Positions 24,145 through 38,037 of a stretch of DNA of 64,000 nucleotides are shown here, piece after piece. The stretch covers positions 11,904,001-11,968,000 of the forward strand of contig NC_043012.1 of the NCBI RefSeq assembly GCF_006345805.1, read 5' to 3'. Each line of letters starts with the position of its first letter. Position 1 is the first letter of the stretch. A program made the translations under genes and the position numbers. This DNA comes from Octopus sinensis (lineage: Eukaryota). Under the pieces are notes generated by a model. The model was not told the origin of the DNA and ran no database searches. It saw only the letters and a program-made list of their open reading frames with translations.

Positions 24145-24500
24145 ATCCTTTTATCTTTTACTTGTTCAAGTTATTACAAGGTGGCCACGCTGGGGCACCG
24201 CTTTGAAAAATCTTGGTCAAAAGAATCGACCTTGATGCTTTATCATTTTTAAAGTCTGATCTTTATTCTATCGGTCTCTTTACCCAATAAGTTACGGGTA
24301 CGTAGACACCCCAACACTGGCTGTCGAGCAGCGGTGGGGACAAGCGTGCGCGCACTCCCCCACATGTATAGATATGCGACTTGCTTCTTTTAGCTTTAGT
24401 CTAACAAATCCACTCACAAGGCTTTGATCACTTGGGGCTGTAGGAGAAGCAACGTGCGCAAAGTACCGCCTAGTAAGAGTGATTCCAAGCATATACAGTC
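23850..24500 (-). mobile_element. Two diverged SINE family A copies
   Basis: Tails at 23850-24040 and 24144-24330; degraded head to ~24500. Confidence 0.7.
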
Positions 24501-25012
24501 GAGATCAAGTTTCTTAACTACAAACCCACCCCTGTCACAAAACAAACTTACCTGCCATCTAAATACACACGTATTTATGTATGCCTGTTTGAGCTTACTA
24601 AGCTTATATTTTACATATATTACATAATAAGCTCTACAATTTAGAATGGGGCTTATATCGAGATGACGGGTTCATTATGACACATAACGTGAATGCTCAT
24701 CTGTTAGATGATTTCAAAACCTATTTTTGAGTTAGTTAAAGATTTACAGAAAAAGATTACTCTTGATACAAAATTATATATATATATAGATACTTACCTA
24801 TATATTCCCTTCCGTTCAGAAGCCAATAAATAATTTCCATTTAGGAAGCCAAATGAAAACTCACAGCACATTAGTATTGATTCAAACCATTCACCTGCTA
24901 TTATAAATAACTTAGTGAAAAGTGATAAGTGCCAGTATTTAAATTGATACGTCTTCCCTCAGCAAAGTAGCCAATTATTACACAGAAAAGTAAAAACACA
25001 GCCGTTCTACTC

Positions 25013-25060
<48 letters not shown>

Positions 25061-25417
25061 TGTAGTAGTAGTAAGGGGGGTATGTGCTGTAACTGCGCGT
25101 CGTTGCATCCACCATTTCTTTGTGATTCCCTGCTCGTCTTGGCAGATAAGACTTTTACACCACTCAGGCGACAACCTTCCAAACTCTTGGGTCTGTTTGA
25201 GTGGTCGTTGTTGGTGAGGGTTTGACGTGGTCGGAGTGCAAATCCTATCTCAACCTCTTGTAGTCACCTTTTACGACACACAGAGGAAACGTTGGAGCTT
25301 TTCTTTAACATGCTAAGATTAATTAATTAAATAATAAGATTAGTTTTTTAGTATGGAAGATAGAAAATGTACCATTTCTTCGTTTAACATTCTACTCGGG
25401 CTGAGTAGCGACATATA

Positions 25418-25562
25418 TACCTATTTCTTTACTACCCACAAGGGGCTCAACACAGAGAGGACAAACAAGGACAGACAAACGGATTAAGTCGATTATATCG
25501 ACCCCAGTGCGTAACTGGTACTTAATTTATCGACCTCGAAAGGATGAAAGGCAAAGTGACCT
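25418..25562 (-). mobile_element. SINE family B, 5'-truncated, young tail variant
   Basis: ATACCTATTTCTTTACTACCCACAAGGGG...GGATGAAAGGCAAAG. Confidence 0.9.
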
Positions 25563-26850
25563 CCTTGTGTGTGTGTGTCTTTACTGTAAAATGTATACAA
25601 TTTTTTTTTTATAATTATAAACGTAATTATAATTAGGGTTTAGCAAAATTGTTTCACCACATACCGAAATTTAGAAATAGCAGTTAAATACTATTCTACT
25701 ACCATAAGATATCTCCCAGATAGCAATACTTTCAACTCTCACAGGCAAAAAGAACAAATAACGAATCCACCCGACAGAATAAGTCGTACTTCGAAGCGGA
25801 ATATTACGCGTAAGCGACAACATAAATTAACCAATAAGCAGAAAAAGTGAGTCACCCAAAAGGTTTACTAATACTGCACTACTATTATGAGATTCCTTAA
25901 ACTGGGTGAAATCTACTCAGTGTGATTCCAAATCAGTAGCAACCATATAACTCTAACGTATTCATATAATATCCGTGGCAATATAAGAACTTCTACATCT
26001 GTAGAAAAAGAAAAAGACAAATAACCAAAAATACCTCTTTTGCTCTTTTAGTTGCAATCACAATGAGTCACAACTCAAAGTGTCACTGTGACGATTATCG
26101 ACAACAAACCGCTGGGGGAACGCCATTAGGATAGGTGAGGTTACGTCATAACGGTGCACAACTGCTGTACTTGGCGGAACCTTGGAATTCTTCATTTATG
26201 GCGTGTCATGTAAGCGTTCAAAACACCTTATTAGTTTGAAGGTTTTCGGATTTCAGAATTTCGGATAATGGATTTTCAAATGTTATTATATTTCGGGATG
26301 TTCATTTTCTTTTTCTTGAAATAAACACTCTATATATTCAATCTTCAATCTTCACTCTTATTTTATCTTATGTCTATTGTCTGAAATATTTTGTCACACA
26401 TCGGTGACCTCTTTTTCAACTCTTCCATCCATGTGTCTCCGCCTGTTCTGTGTAGTCCATTCTGAAAAGTATCCTCATAAAATAACAGACTCTTGATAAT
26501 ATACCACTGCATGCCGGAGTGGACACTATTGATCTTCAGTTAAACAGAAGCATGGTATATTTGGAGTGATAGGATAACTGTGGATCATAATCGATCGACT
26601 TACTACACAATTGTGCCAATATCGATTTCTGGAATAGAGTTGACCTGGGGTTAAACAACAACAACATCGACAACTGCCACATTGTCATCAACATCAATAA
26701 CAACAACAACAATATCATCATCAACAACATCAACAACCACAGCAAAAACAATAACAACAACAAAAACAACATCATCAACATCATCAACGACAATAACAAC
26801 AACAGCATCATCATCAAAAACATCATCAACAACAACAATAGTAGTAGTAA

Positions 26851-26899
<49 letters not shown>

Positions 26900-27354
26900 G
26901 AGTGAGAGAGCAGTTCATGCCATCAAAGTGATACTGGGGTAACCCATCATGACTACCCGTCTGATAAGGGTACACCAGGTACATGCATCACAACCATACG
27001 TGCGCGACATGGTGATCTCATATCAAGATAAACAGCACATGACCTTGCAGGTGGGGCCCAGTTAGAAATTTCTTCAGGTTGAGGAAGCCCATCCTGCTCA
27101 AAAGGTCCCTGAATAAGGGTTGTTTAAGGATGTTGAAAAAACCACCCATATTTCCAGAGGTGAATTATTCAGACCCCAAAGAATCCCTCTCAACACATGG
27201 CTATGATGCTCCCCCACTACCTCTGCTCGTGATCAGAGATGCACATATCGTCAGCCACCAAGGGACATGCTCAACTGGTTAAGGTCAAACGACTGACAAG
27301 CAAATCTGTGGTATTGAGCAGAATATTTGCTGTAGCCCATCTTTTATACCAAGA

Positions 27355-27356
<2 letters not shown>
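26900..27356 (-). mobile_element. ~455-bp retroposon fragment inserted in an (AAT)n array
   Basis: Complex block of higher GC, bounded on both sides by (ATT)n. The minus strand ends CTCTCTCACTC-(AAT)n. Confidence 0.6.
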
Positions 27357-27420
<64 letters not shown>

Positions 27421-27611
27421 TATTATCATTATCATTATCATTATTATTATCATTATCATTATTATTATCATTATTATTATTATTGACACCGCCAACAATT
27501 GCATCAATATCGAAAAAGTTTAGTCGAACGATTATTTAAATGCAACAGCGTGTTGCAACGTGGTGTAAATCTAACAGTTTCGAAAAAAGTACAAACATAT
27601 ATATATATACA

Positions 27612-27645
<34 letters not shown>

Positions 27646-28059
27646 CCAGAAATATTCAATGTAGGATGGGCGCCATATTTTATTAGTTTTTGAGTTTTTG
27701 GTTTTTTTTTTACGATGAAGCATATTACTGATTATCTAACAAAAATTAAATGAAAAAAAATTATTAATTTTGAGAGCGAGATTAAAACTATGTAAGAAGG
27801 GTTAGTAGCCTTGTATTATTGCGACACTTGAATGTAAATCACATTTGCAGCACAACAGCGAAGTTGTAAAAGCAAAATAAATAAATAAATAAATAAATAG
27901 ATAAATAAATAAATAAAAATACAATCAATAAAATAAAATGAAATTGTTTTTTCATAAAATTAATTAGTTTTCCCGACCATGCTTCGATATTTAAAATACT
28001 AAGTTATTTTTTATTTAAAAAGCCAATACAAAGGACCTAGAAGTGCTCATTGCTACACC

Positions 28060-28250
28060 CCAGGTCCTAGGTTAATCATTGGGTCAACTCATATCTTCCC
28101 AGGAATTCGGTCCTCGAGAATGTTCTCCGCCCCTACTAACATATTTTCTGAAGGTGTTGACTTACAAAAGTTCAAGAGGAGCATTTACAACATTGATATC
28201 ATCCATCTAGAAGAGAGCATAACTCCTTCCACCAGGGCCCAACAAATAAA
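28060..28250 (+). pseudogene. Possible LINE ORF2 C-terminus and 3' end
   Basis: Reads ...PTNIFSEGVDLQKFKRSIYNID, resembling the 'LPxxVFPxxxxLxxFK' end of CR1/L2/Jockey-group ORF2. An A-rich tail follows. Confidence 0.4.
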
Positions 28251-28744
28251 ACAAAACAAAACAAAGCAAAAAAGAAATGATCTGTTCTGAAAATATTCTA
28301 AGTAATATTCCGCAACGAAGGAGTGTCGCAATGCGGTTGATAAGTTCTCGGTGAACGATATCCATAAACCAAAGTTCGATTCGGTTTTCGAAGCTTCTAC
28401 ATTGGCACTGCTGACTTTCCTGTGGAGATATATGTGATTTAAAATATCATGCCATCATCTTTAAAAGTTAACAAGGATTGTCAACCTTTGTTGGATATCT
28501 CAGATCACAAAATTGCAAATATTTAAGGAGCTATGTCATATTAGAGCAGTAGTTGTCAACAGTGTGCATAGGTACATTGGAAAGGTTTCGACATGTAGTA
28601 AGGTGCAGTACGAATATGAGTCTACAATGTCTGACAAAGTTTCTTTCTCCGTACTATGCGCTACAGGACCCCGTTGAATTTATTAGGCTTATTTATAAGT
28701 GACGAAATAGAAAAACGAAGTCTTTAAAGGAGTCTTAACAACCC

Positions 28745-29170
28745 ATGAAAGAAAAGTTGTGACCTCACTGGGGCACCGCTTTGACCACCCTCGTAGAACT
28801 CTTTTGTAAGCTTTGTATTTATTCTATCAATCACTTTTGCAGAACTACCATGCAGTGCAACAAAGCAGCACCGGTTGTCAAGCGGTAGTGAGGGACAAAC
28901 ACAAATACAAGGGAACACACAAATATACATGATGCATTGATACTTAGATAGATAGATAGATATCTACAAACATACATACATACATAGACATATTTACGTA
29001 TACGTATGTAGATGCGATGGGCTTCCACACCGTTTCCGTCTCCCCAAATCCGTCCCAAAGCATTGGCTACTGAGGAGCTATTGTTGAAAACATTGACTCA
29101 AGGTGTTGCGCAGTGGGACTGAAATCGAAACCACATTGCTGCAAGGCCAGCTTCTTAACCACACAGTCAC
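28745..29170 (-). mobile_element. Old SINE family A copy
   Basis: Degenerate tail, internal microsatellite, and head (GCGCAGTGGGACTGAA..CTTAACCACACAG). Confidence 0.7.
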
Positions 29171-29984
29171 ACACTTCTTCAAAAAAGAAACGAAAAAAAT
29201 CTCTTATATATGAAAATATGTTTAAAAAGATATGCTTTATTTTTCTTTCTTCTTTTTAAATATAACACCACAGCAAACATCTAAGACCATTTCAATTTGC
29301 TTACTGACGTCAACAGTTCTCTAAAGAGTTTAGTTCCATCAAACACTTAAGGAGTTTAGTTCAACTAAATCCTTGAAAGTAGCTCATCAGCATGGCCAGA
29401 AACCAATTCAATTCATCAGTGAAGTTTTCCACTATATTCTTTATCTTAAAAATTCTTCCATAAGTATTTAAGACTCAATGCATTTTTCTCATGTTGATTT
29501 CTTTTCAATAAGCTCGGCAAACATTTTGTGTAAATAGTAGGCTTGGATTGTTACTGTCTCCCAATGACGCTAATGGTCACATGAGCGATTTCGTACTCGA
29601 TGGTAAAATCACATGATCATTTTGATTTAAGTCATCAAATATTGATGGGTGTCTCAAAAAATTGTCCAACGAAACTCGTAAAATTTACCAATCTAAATTT
29701 TTAGACTTCCAATAGCACATTATAGCACACGATTTCAGTACACAGACAACCATAGAACTAATTCTTAATTAAAGATATTATATTCAATTCCATTAATTAT
29801 TTGTTAATAAACGTAACCATCGTTTTCAATGAGTCCGTCTTTTCAAATCGGCTGGATGTATAGCTGATGAACTCTCAATTGCATTTGAGCCATTCTTCTA
29901 TGAAACTAATGTTACAATTTGATGGCAAGCCAAGACAACGAGATGACAGAGTTGTTAGCACTCACGACAAAATATTGGCGGTAT

Positions 29985-30365
29985 TTCGCCCGTCTTTTCG
30001 TTCTGAGCTCAAATTTCGCCAGAGTAGACTTTACTTTTCATCCTCTCGGGATCGAAATGTAACTATCAGTCATGTAGTGAGGTCAATGTAATTGACTAAC
30101 TCCCTCACACAAAATTTCGGGCCTTGTGCTCATATTAGAAAGGATCATTAGGTGGCTAGGTAAGAGGACGAGCTCACAGAATCGTTAGTGCGTCGTACAA
30201 AAAGATCAGCGATATCTTTTGCAACTCTTTACGTCTTGATTTCAGATTCTGCCGAGACTGACTTTGTCTTTCAGCCTTTTGGAGTTGATAAAATAAGTAC
30301 CGAGTCGATTTAATCGATTAAATCCCTTCCCTCAAAATTGCTGGCCTTGTGTCAAAGTTTGAAAC
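29985..30365 (+). mobile_element. Two tandem SINE family B copies
   Basis: 29985-30130 and 30155-30365. Confidence 0.75.
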
Positions 30366-31133
30366 CACCTGATTCTATTATTAGTTGGCAAACTAGCAGA
30401 ATCATTAGAACGCCAAGAAAAAGATGTGTTGCAGTATTTGATTCAAAATCAAGGACCAGTCACGTGTAGGTGTCGATATTATGGACTAGTGTTTAACCTT
30501 CAAAATTGCTGTTCTCGTATCTAAGTTAGAAACCATTTATGTTATGGATACTAGCTTGTTTTTCAAACCTGTCGAGTCATCCAGAACTTACGATAGCATT
30601 TTCCTCATTTTCCCTATGACTACTTGATCGCTGCTGCAGACTGACACTTTTCGTTTTGATGTTGTCTCCTTTAAAGGCTTCTGATGTCATTCTTTGATCC
30701 AAACTGATAAACAGCATTTTATTTCGATCATTGAGTGTTTCTTTCTCTTGTTTGAGAATTCGATGACGCGTTAGCTTTCGACCTCGTTCTTCATTATGAA
30801 TAATACATATGAATAATATTATGCAGTGTTAAATTGCCGAGAGCTGGTCAATTTTGCTTATTTTAGCTTTTCGTAGCACGGCTTTTATGCCTGTAAATTA
30901 TTGCTAATTTTTCTTATAGTGTTATATCTTTCCTCTTCTTAACACTTTCACCACATACACAGGCGGCGATCAATCGCTTAGCAATCAATATAAACCGTTA
31001 TCTTAAATAAACACCGATAAACACATTGATTACCACAGTTTTAAATAACAAAGCTCTTGAGATAACAGGGTAGATAAACTGACACACCATCGTGAAAGAA
31101 TACACTGTATATTATATATATATACATACATAC

Positions 31134-31186
<53 letters not shown>

Positions 31187-31649
31187 GTAATATTAGGGAG
31201 TAAATCCAAACTTACAGGGAAAAATTAGAATTTTATATTTTATATATTTTGTATATTATATTAATTATATTTATTTTTATGTTTTGGTTTATGTTTTTCA
31301 CTTTTTGATTTGCATAATAGTGGTTTTATCTCTAATTTAATTTATATATATACTTTCGATATTGTAGGTGAGTTAAGCAAAAATTTAGGATTCAGATGAA
31401 TATGGTACTTAAGTTGAGGAACCAGAATTTAGTACGGTAAAAATAGAATTAAAAAAGTAAAGAGAAGCAAAGGAAAGAGAAAGGAAAATGGTTTCTACTC
31501 TGAAATACAGTGGAACCGTTCAAGGCTATATTCGAATTCTTACTTCAAAAAAATGTTATCAATAAATTTCACTCTACTTAATGTATACAATCTTATGTTC
31601 AGTAACTGCTTTGTTGTTTTTGTAAAAGCTGATAAGAAATACTAAATAA

Positions 31650-31689
<40 letters not shown>

Positions 31690-31696
<7 letters not shown>

Positions 31697-32010
31697 CTGG
31701 TACGCCATCGGTTATGACGCTGAGGGTTCCAGTTGATTTGATTAACAGAGCAGCTTACTGCTGAAATTAACGTGCAATTTTCTGAGCACTCTACAGACGC
31801 AAGTACACTTATCTTAAGCATCAGACAGATTGTGACATGGTTGACCCTTTGAAAAAACAGGTACAACTCATTTTTTTTTTCAATTGGGCAGACTGGAGCA
31901 ATATGAAATAAAGAGACTTTTGCTATGATACAACGTGCAGTCGCGAATCGAACTCACAACTTTATGAATGTGAGCCGAATGCACTAACCACTTAGCCACG
32001 CATCTTCACA
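31690..32010 (-). mobile_element. SINE family C head with tail type Y
   Basis: tRNA-like head at 31930-32010. The tail is shared with 35232-35410 and 53290-53430. Confidence 0.7.
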
Positions 32011-32214
32011 TATATCTATACATACAAACATACATAGATACATGCATAACATCGATTTTTCAGAACCTTAGGGTCCAAAGACTTTCCCTATTATTGATTA
32101 TTCTAAAACAGGAGGAGTTACCCCTGTAAAAACCCTCTAAATTAATGAAGTATCGAATTTACTTACATAATTAAATGAAATAGAATTACCTATACGATAT
32201 TATAAACGATGCAG

Positions 32215-32405
32215 AGGTGGCGAGCTGACAGAATCGTTAGAAAGCTGGACAAGTAATGCTTAGCGGTATTGCACCCGTCGCTATGTTCTGAGTTCAAATT
32301 CTGCCGAGATCGACATGGCCTTTCATCCTTTCGGGATCGATAAATTAAGTACCAATGAAACACTGGAGCCGATCTAATTGACTAGCCCTCTCCCACAAAA
32401 TTTAC
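32215..32405 (+). mobile_element. SINE family B
   Basis: GGCGAGCTGACAGAATCGTTAG...GAGTTCAAATTCTGCCGAG. Confidence 0.85.
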
Positions 32406-32759
32406 AAATGATACAAGTTTATTACTGACAGGTGCCAGTAAGCTAGTCTGGCGGCAGCGGCGATTTTGAGCAGACGCTCATAAATTTAGGCGGATTATAA
32501 GAGGTGCTGCATTTGTGTGTATTCAGTAGTGATAATATAAATGATTCTACCAGCCAACTTTCTGGCATTTCAACGTATATTTGGCAAACAGGGTTCTCAG
32601 GAAGGATACATAATCAATCGACAAATCGACCGATTAATCAACTAGTCAATATAACAGGTAGTGCAATGCTAACCATTGTGTAATGGTATTAAGCATCTTG
32701 TAGATTTGCTTAAGTAGCAACAGAACTCTGCGTGCGCATATTACACGGTGTAGAATTAT

Positions 32760-32810
<51 letters not shown>

Positions 32811-32947
32811 CTGTGTATATACATATATATTTTTTAATAATATATTATTATTATTAATATAAGGAAACCAATACTAAAACTCCTCAGAAAGATATACCCG
32901 TGCGAAAATAGTTGTATTAAAAATACATAAATAAATAAATAAATAAA

Positions 32948-33024
<77 letters not shown>

Positions 33025-33027
<3 letters not shown>

Positions 33028-33170
33028 GCAATTGCACGTGGAACGTGGAAGTGTTTTGTAAGCCATTTAAGAAACACACAAAAGCCGTTCGATCACTTCA
33101 ACATTTAAGTTTAATTTGTCAAAATATTTTCGTCGCTAAAATCCGCGACCTCTTCACTGACAAAAATCCG
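33025..33170 (-). mobile_element. PLE-type terminal repeat with hammerhead-like motif (33115-33164)
   Basis: Minus strand TTTGTCA-GTGAAGA-G-GTCGC..GCGAC-GAAAATATTT-TGACAAA; abuts (TA)n. Confidence 0.6.
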
Positions 33171-33313
33171 TGCATGCAAATATGTATAAGTATAAACACA
33201 ATGTATAAATATATATTAGGGATTAAAAGATATGAATCAAGCATCTTACGATCGTTATATATATACACACACATACATATATACATACATTCACACGTAT
33301 ACGTACATAAGGG

Positions 33314-33348
<35 letters not shown>

Positions 33349-33387
33349 ACATACACGTATGCACTCACAAATACATACATGCATGTA

Positions 33388-33424
<37 letters not shown>

Positions 33425-34331
33425 TTCACACACATGCACACACATATTTATATATATATATATATATATTATATGTATACATACACATATGCACTCACAA
33501 ATACATAAACGCATGTAGGACACACTCTCACACACATTCTCTCACACACTCTCACACACACTTTCACACACATATTAACATACATGCTTATATGGAACGG
33601 CTCAATCTTTGACTTTACAATCCTCCTGTCTGTTGAACTGTTGCTGGCGAAATTTTGAAGTCAGATTTATTATTTATTTCCACAGAGAGTTAAAAAAAAT
33701 ATACATTTTTATTAGAATTAGAAACTTCACAAATGTATGTATGTATGTGTGCGTGTGTATGTATGTATGTATGTATGTAGTATGTATGTGTGTGTGCGTA
33801 TGTATGTATGTGTGTGTATATGTATGTATGTGTGTGCGCGTGTGTATGTATGTATGTATGTGTGCGTGTTTATGTATGTATGTATGTATGTATGTATGTG
33901 TGTATGTATGTATGTATGTATAGATCGATCGATCTACATGCATGCACACACACTCACGCATACACATTATACATACACGAGCATGAACACACATACATAC
34001 TCCATAACTCTATTGAGTTCTCTTATATGGAATGTCACGTGTTGATTCTAATTTAATTTTTAAAACATTCCAATTTGTATCTCAACTTTAATACACTCAG
34101 GAAATTATTCTAATTGTATTTATTTCTTACAATCAATGCTCATTCATACAAGTAACACACGTAGGCTCACCTACCCTCTGTCTCACTCTCTCCCCCACCC
34201 TCTCTCTCTCTCTCTCTCTCTCTCACGAACACACAGATGTATTTTAGAGTTACACAAATATGCTTACATACAAACATACATAAACTTGCTCTCAAACACT
34301 GGTCTTCACCTTACTTTCTCTCACTATGTGA

Positions 34332-34925
34332 AGGCAGTGCGCTGGCAAAGTCGTTAGCACGCCGCGCAAAATGCTTAGCGTCTTTAGGTTCCGAGTTCAA
34401 ATATTTCCGGGGCCGACTTTACCTTTCATCTTTCAGGTTCGGTAAAATAAGTACCATTTAGACACTGTGGTGGTGAAATCGGCTTACTCTCTCTTCGAAA
34501 ATATTGACCTTGTACCAAAATTTGAAACCAGTATCTCAAGGCAGCGAGCTAGTTGAATTGTTAGCACATCGGGCTAAATCTTTAGCAGCATATCTTCCGA
34601 ATATATATATATGCCGAGTTCAAATTCCTTGCTTTTCAGCTTTTCAGACTAGACAAATTAAGTACCAGCTAAACAATGGGGTCCATGTTATAGACTAGTC
34701 CCCTCCCTTAAAAGATATCAGGTAAGGGCTATTATTAGGCAGCGAGGTGGCAGAATAGTTAGCAGGTCAGACAAAATGTTTAGCTGTATATCTTCCGACT
34801 ATATATGTTCCTAGTTCAAATTCGGCCGAGGGCTGCTTTGCTTTTCATCCATTCAGGGTCGATAAAATCAGTATCAGTTGAACCTTAGAGTCGATGTAAT
34901 TAACTAACTTTCTTTCCAAACCGCA
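34332..34925 (+). mobile_element. Three tandem SINE family B copies
   Basis: Copies start at ~34332, 34538 and 34737 with AAGGCAG.GAG.T(G/A)G heads. Confidence 0.8.
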
Positions 34926-35231
34926 AGATTTCAGGTTTTGTGTGTATAGTAGATAAAAAAAAATCTCAACACACACATATCTGTGCATACACACACAATT
35001 ATAGATACACATACATATAACCATACACTCTAACACTCACGCAGACATACACAATATCTGTTTCCCCCTTTTCTCTCTCTTTCCCTTTGCTCTCTTCCTT
35101 CTTAACTTTCTGAATTCTCATCACATACACTACAAATATTACACGCATACTCATACTCAAACAAACATAACTAAACATACAGACACACATATACTTACAC
35201 ACGCACTTACACATTTGCATGCATAAAGGAT

Positions 35232-35613
35232 GGAAGCACTACGTCGGTTACGACGACGAGGGTTCTGGTTGATCCGAATCAATGGAACAGCCTGCTCGTG
35301 AAATTAACGTGTAAGTGGCTGAGCACTCCACAGACAAGTGTACCCTTAACGTAGTTCTCGGGGATATTCAGCGTGACACAGAGAGTGACAAGGCCGGCCC
35401 TTTGAAATACAGGTACAACAGAAACAGGAAGTAAGAGTGAGAGAAAGTTGTGGTGAAAGAGTACAGCAGGGATCACCACCATCCCCTGCCGGAGCCTTGT
35501 GGAGCTTTAGGTGTTTTCGCTCAATAAACACTCACAACGCCCGGTCTGGGAATCGAAACCGCGATCCTACGACCGCGAGTCCGCTGCCCTAACCACTGGG
35601 ACATTGCGCCTCC
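35232..35613 (-). mobile_element. SINE family D, full length, tail type Y
   Basis: Head nearly identical to 14196; different 3' half. Confidence 0.9.
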
Positions 35614-35682
35614 ACTGCATGCATAAAACAGACGCGTATATATATATACATACAAACACTCTCACACGCATACATAAACGTT

Positions 35683-35873
35683 ACACTTTTACCTGCTTCA
35701 GTCATTTGACAGTGGCCATGCTGGGGCACCGCCTTTAGTCGAGCAAATCGACCCCAGGATTTATTCTTTGTAAGCCTACTACTTATTCTATCGGTCTCAT
35801 TTTGCCGGGGACGTAAACAGACCAGCATCAATTGTCAAGCGATGTTGGGGGACAAACACAGATACACAAACCT

Positions 35874-35936
<63 letters not shown>

Positions 35937-36084
35937 ATATATACGACGGGCTTATTTCAGTTTCCGTCAACCAAATCCACTCACAAGGCTTTGGTCGGCC
36001 CGAGGAAGGTGCCACGCAATGGGACTGAACCCGGGACCATGTGGTTGGTAAGTAAACTACTTACCACACAGCCACTCCTGCGCC
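35683..36084 (-). mobile_element. SINE family A, full length
   Basis: Reverse complement of the 18061-18486 structure. Confidence 0.9.
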
Positions 36085-36169
36085 TACTATATAAAAACTA
36101 TTTGTTTTACTTTTAACTGTTTCATACAAACATATTTTCACACACGAATACAAATATACATATATACCA

Positions 36170-36251
<82 letters not shown>

Positions 36252-36509
36252 GCACACTACACGCACACATACACATAAACTCAGGATATCCCTTCACAGA
36301 AATACATTCATACAAATACGGGTTCTTTCTCACTCTCTCCCTCTCACTCTCTCCCTCTCACTCTCTCATGGATACCCACTATCTCACCCCCACCACCACA
36401 CACGCAGACGTTTCTCTCTCACAAACACACACATATACTTTCAAACGTGCACATGTATATACACACACAGAATTCTTTTTTTTTCTCAAAGTACTACACT
36501 CTTTCGTTA

Positions 36510-36547
<38 letters not shown>

Positions 36548-36924
36548 ACACACATACACACGCAAGCACACACATAGTCACACAAACATATACACATCGA
36601 AACACGCAGCGCACGCGCGCATACACACGTGCATGTACGCACATACAGCCAAGTCAAGCAACAGACATGCTATCTTGCGTTTAGATACTGACTCTCCCAA
36701 GCACCAAAGCTCCTTACTCTCTCCATCATTCTCTCTCTATCTCTCCCTTCCTCCCGTACCTCCCTCCTTAATTATGTTTTTATTTCACACTCACATATTT
36801 CCATATTTCAAGGCATCAGCTCTCGTGTTGACATCCTCTTCTTCCGTTCAATCAGCCTGCTATTTCCTTCCTTCCTTCTTTCTTTCCTTCTTTCTTTGTT
36901 TCCTTCTTTCCTTCTTTCTTTATT

Positions 36925-36961
<37 letters not shown>

Positions 36962-37034
36962 TGCTTCCTCCTTTTCAGTTCCTCATTATCAATAAACACT
37001 TAATCGTTGTCGTCATCATCATCATAATTCTCAT

Positions 37035-37420
37035 GCGGCGAGCTGGTAGAATTATTAGCGCGTCGGACAAAATGTTTGGCGGCATTTTTTCCCGCTCTTT
37101 CGAGGTCGATAAAATAAACATCAGTCAAGTACTGACGATGGGAGGGAGGCAATGTAACTGATTTGCATCTTCCCATCAAAACTGTTTGCAATTATGCCAA
37201 AAGTTTAAAAGAATAAAGCAGCAGGCCGGTCGAATGGCTAGCGAGTCGGACTAAATTCTTAACGACATTTATTCCAGCTCTTTACGTTCTGGGTTCAAAT
37301 TCTTCCGAGATAGACTTTATCTTTTATACTTTTCAGATCGATAAAATAAGTAACGGCGAAGTACTGGAGATGATATAATCGACTTGCTCCCTTGCTTCAA
37401 AATTAATGGCCTTGCGCCAC
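37035..37420 (+). mobile_element. Two tandem SINE family B copies
   Basis: 37035-37210 (internal deletion) and 37225-37420. Confidence 0.75.
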
Positions 37421-37724
37421 AGTATAGTTAAGATGGCGATTTGGCAATTTCGGGTGGATTAAAAAAAAATGCAACAACTACGACAATAACAACACTTTAT
37501 GCTATTTTCTTTTTTAATTAAACACCACCGAAGGTTGATTGTGATTTTTGTCCTTTCGTGGGAATTTATCAATAAAGTAGCAGTCAGGTACCGGGGATAT
37601 TTCTCCTGCTTATGTCCACTCCCTCTTCTCGGTATTCGATCCTTTGAAGAGGTTCAGCAAAGATCTTTTTTTCGCATATCGGCTCCATCATTCCTTGTCC
37701 AAACATTCTGATATTAGATTCACT

Positions 37725-38037
37725 ATCACAACCACCACCACCACCACCATCACCACCACCACCACCACCACCACCATCACGACCACCACCATCACCACCA
37801 CCACTACCACCACCACCGCCACTACCACCACCATCACCACCACCACTACCACCATCACCACCATCACCACCATCACCACCACCACCACCACCACCACCAC
37901 CACCATCACCACCACCACCATCACCACCACCACCACCACCACCATCACCATCACCACCACCACCACTACCACCACCACCACCACCACCACCACCACCACC
38001 ATCACCACCACCACTACCACCACCGCCACCACCACCA
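37725..38037. repeat. (CAC)n/(CAT) trinucleotide array
   Basis: Direct reading; source of the poly-G/T/V ORFs. Confidence 0.98.

Noticed and set aside
24545-24590. Minus-strand microexon ending at GTAAGT
   Set aside because: The donor is good but the acceptor is weak and lies beside a decayed SINE; no further support.
37584-37720. Unique-looking peptide ends of the poly-G/poly-T ORFs
   Set aside because: Three frames on two strands are similarly open, and no splice or homology evidence picks one.
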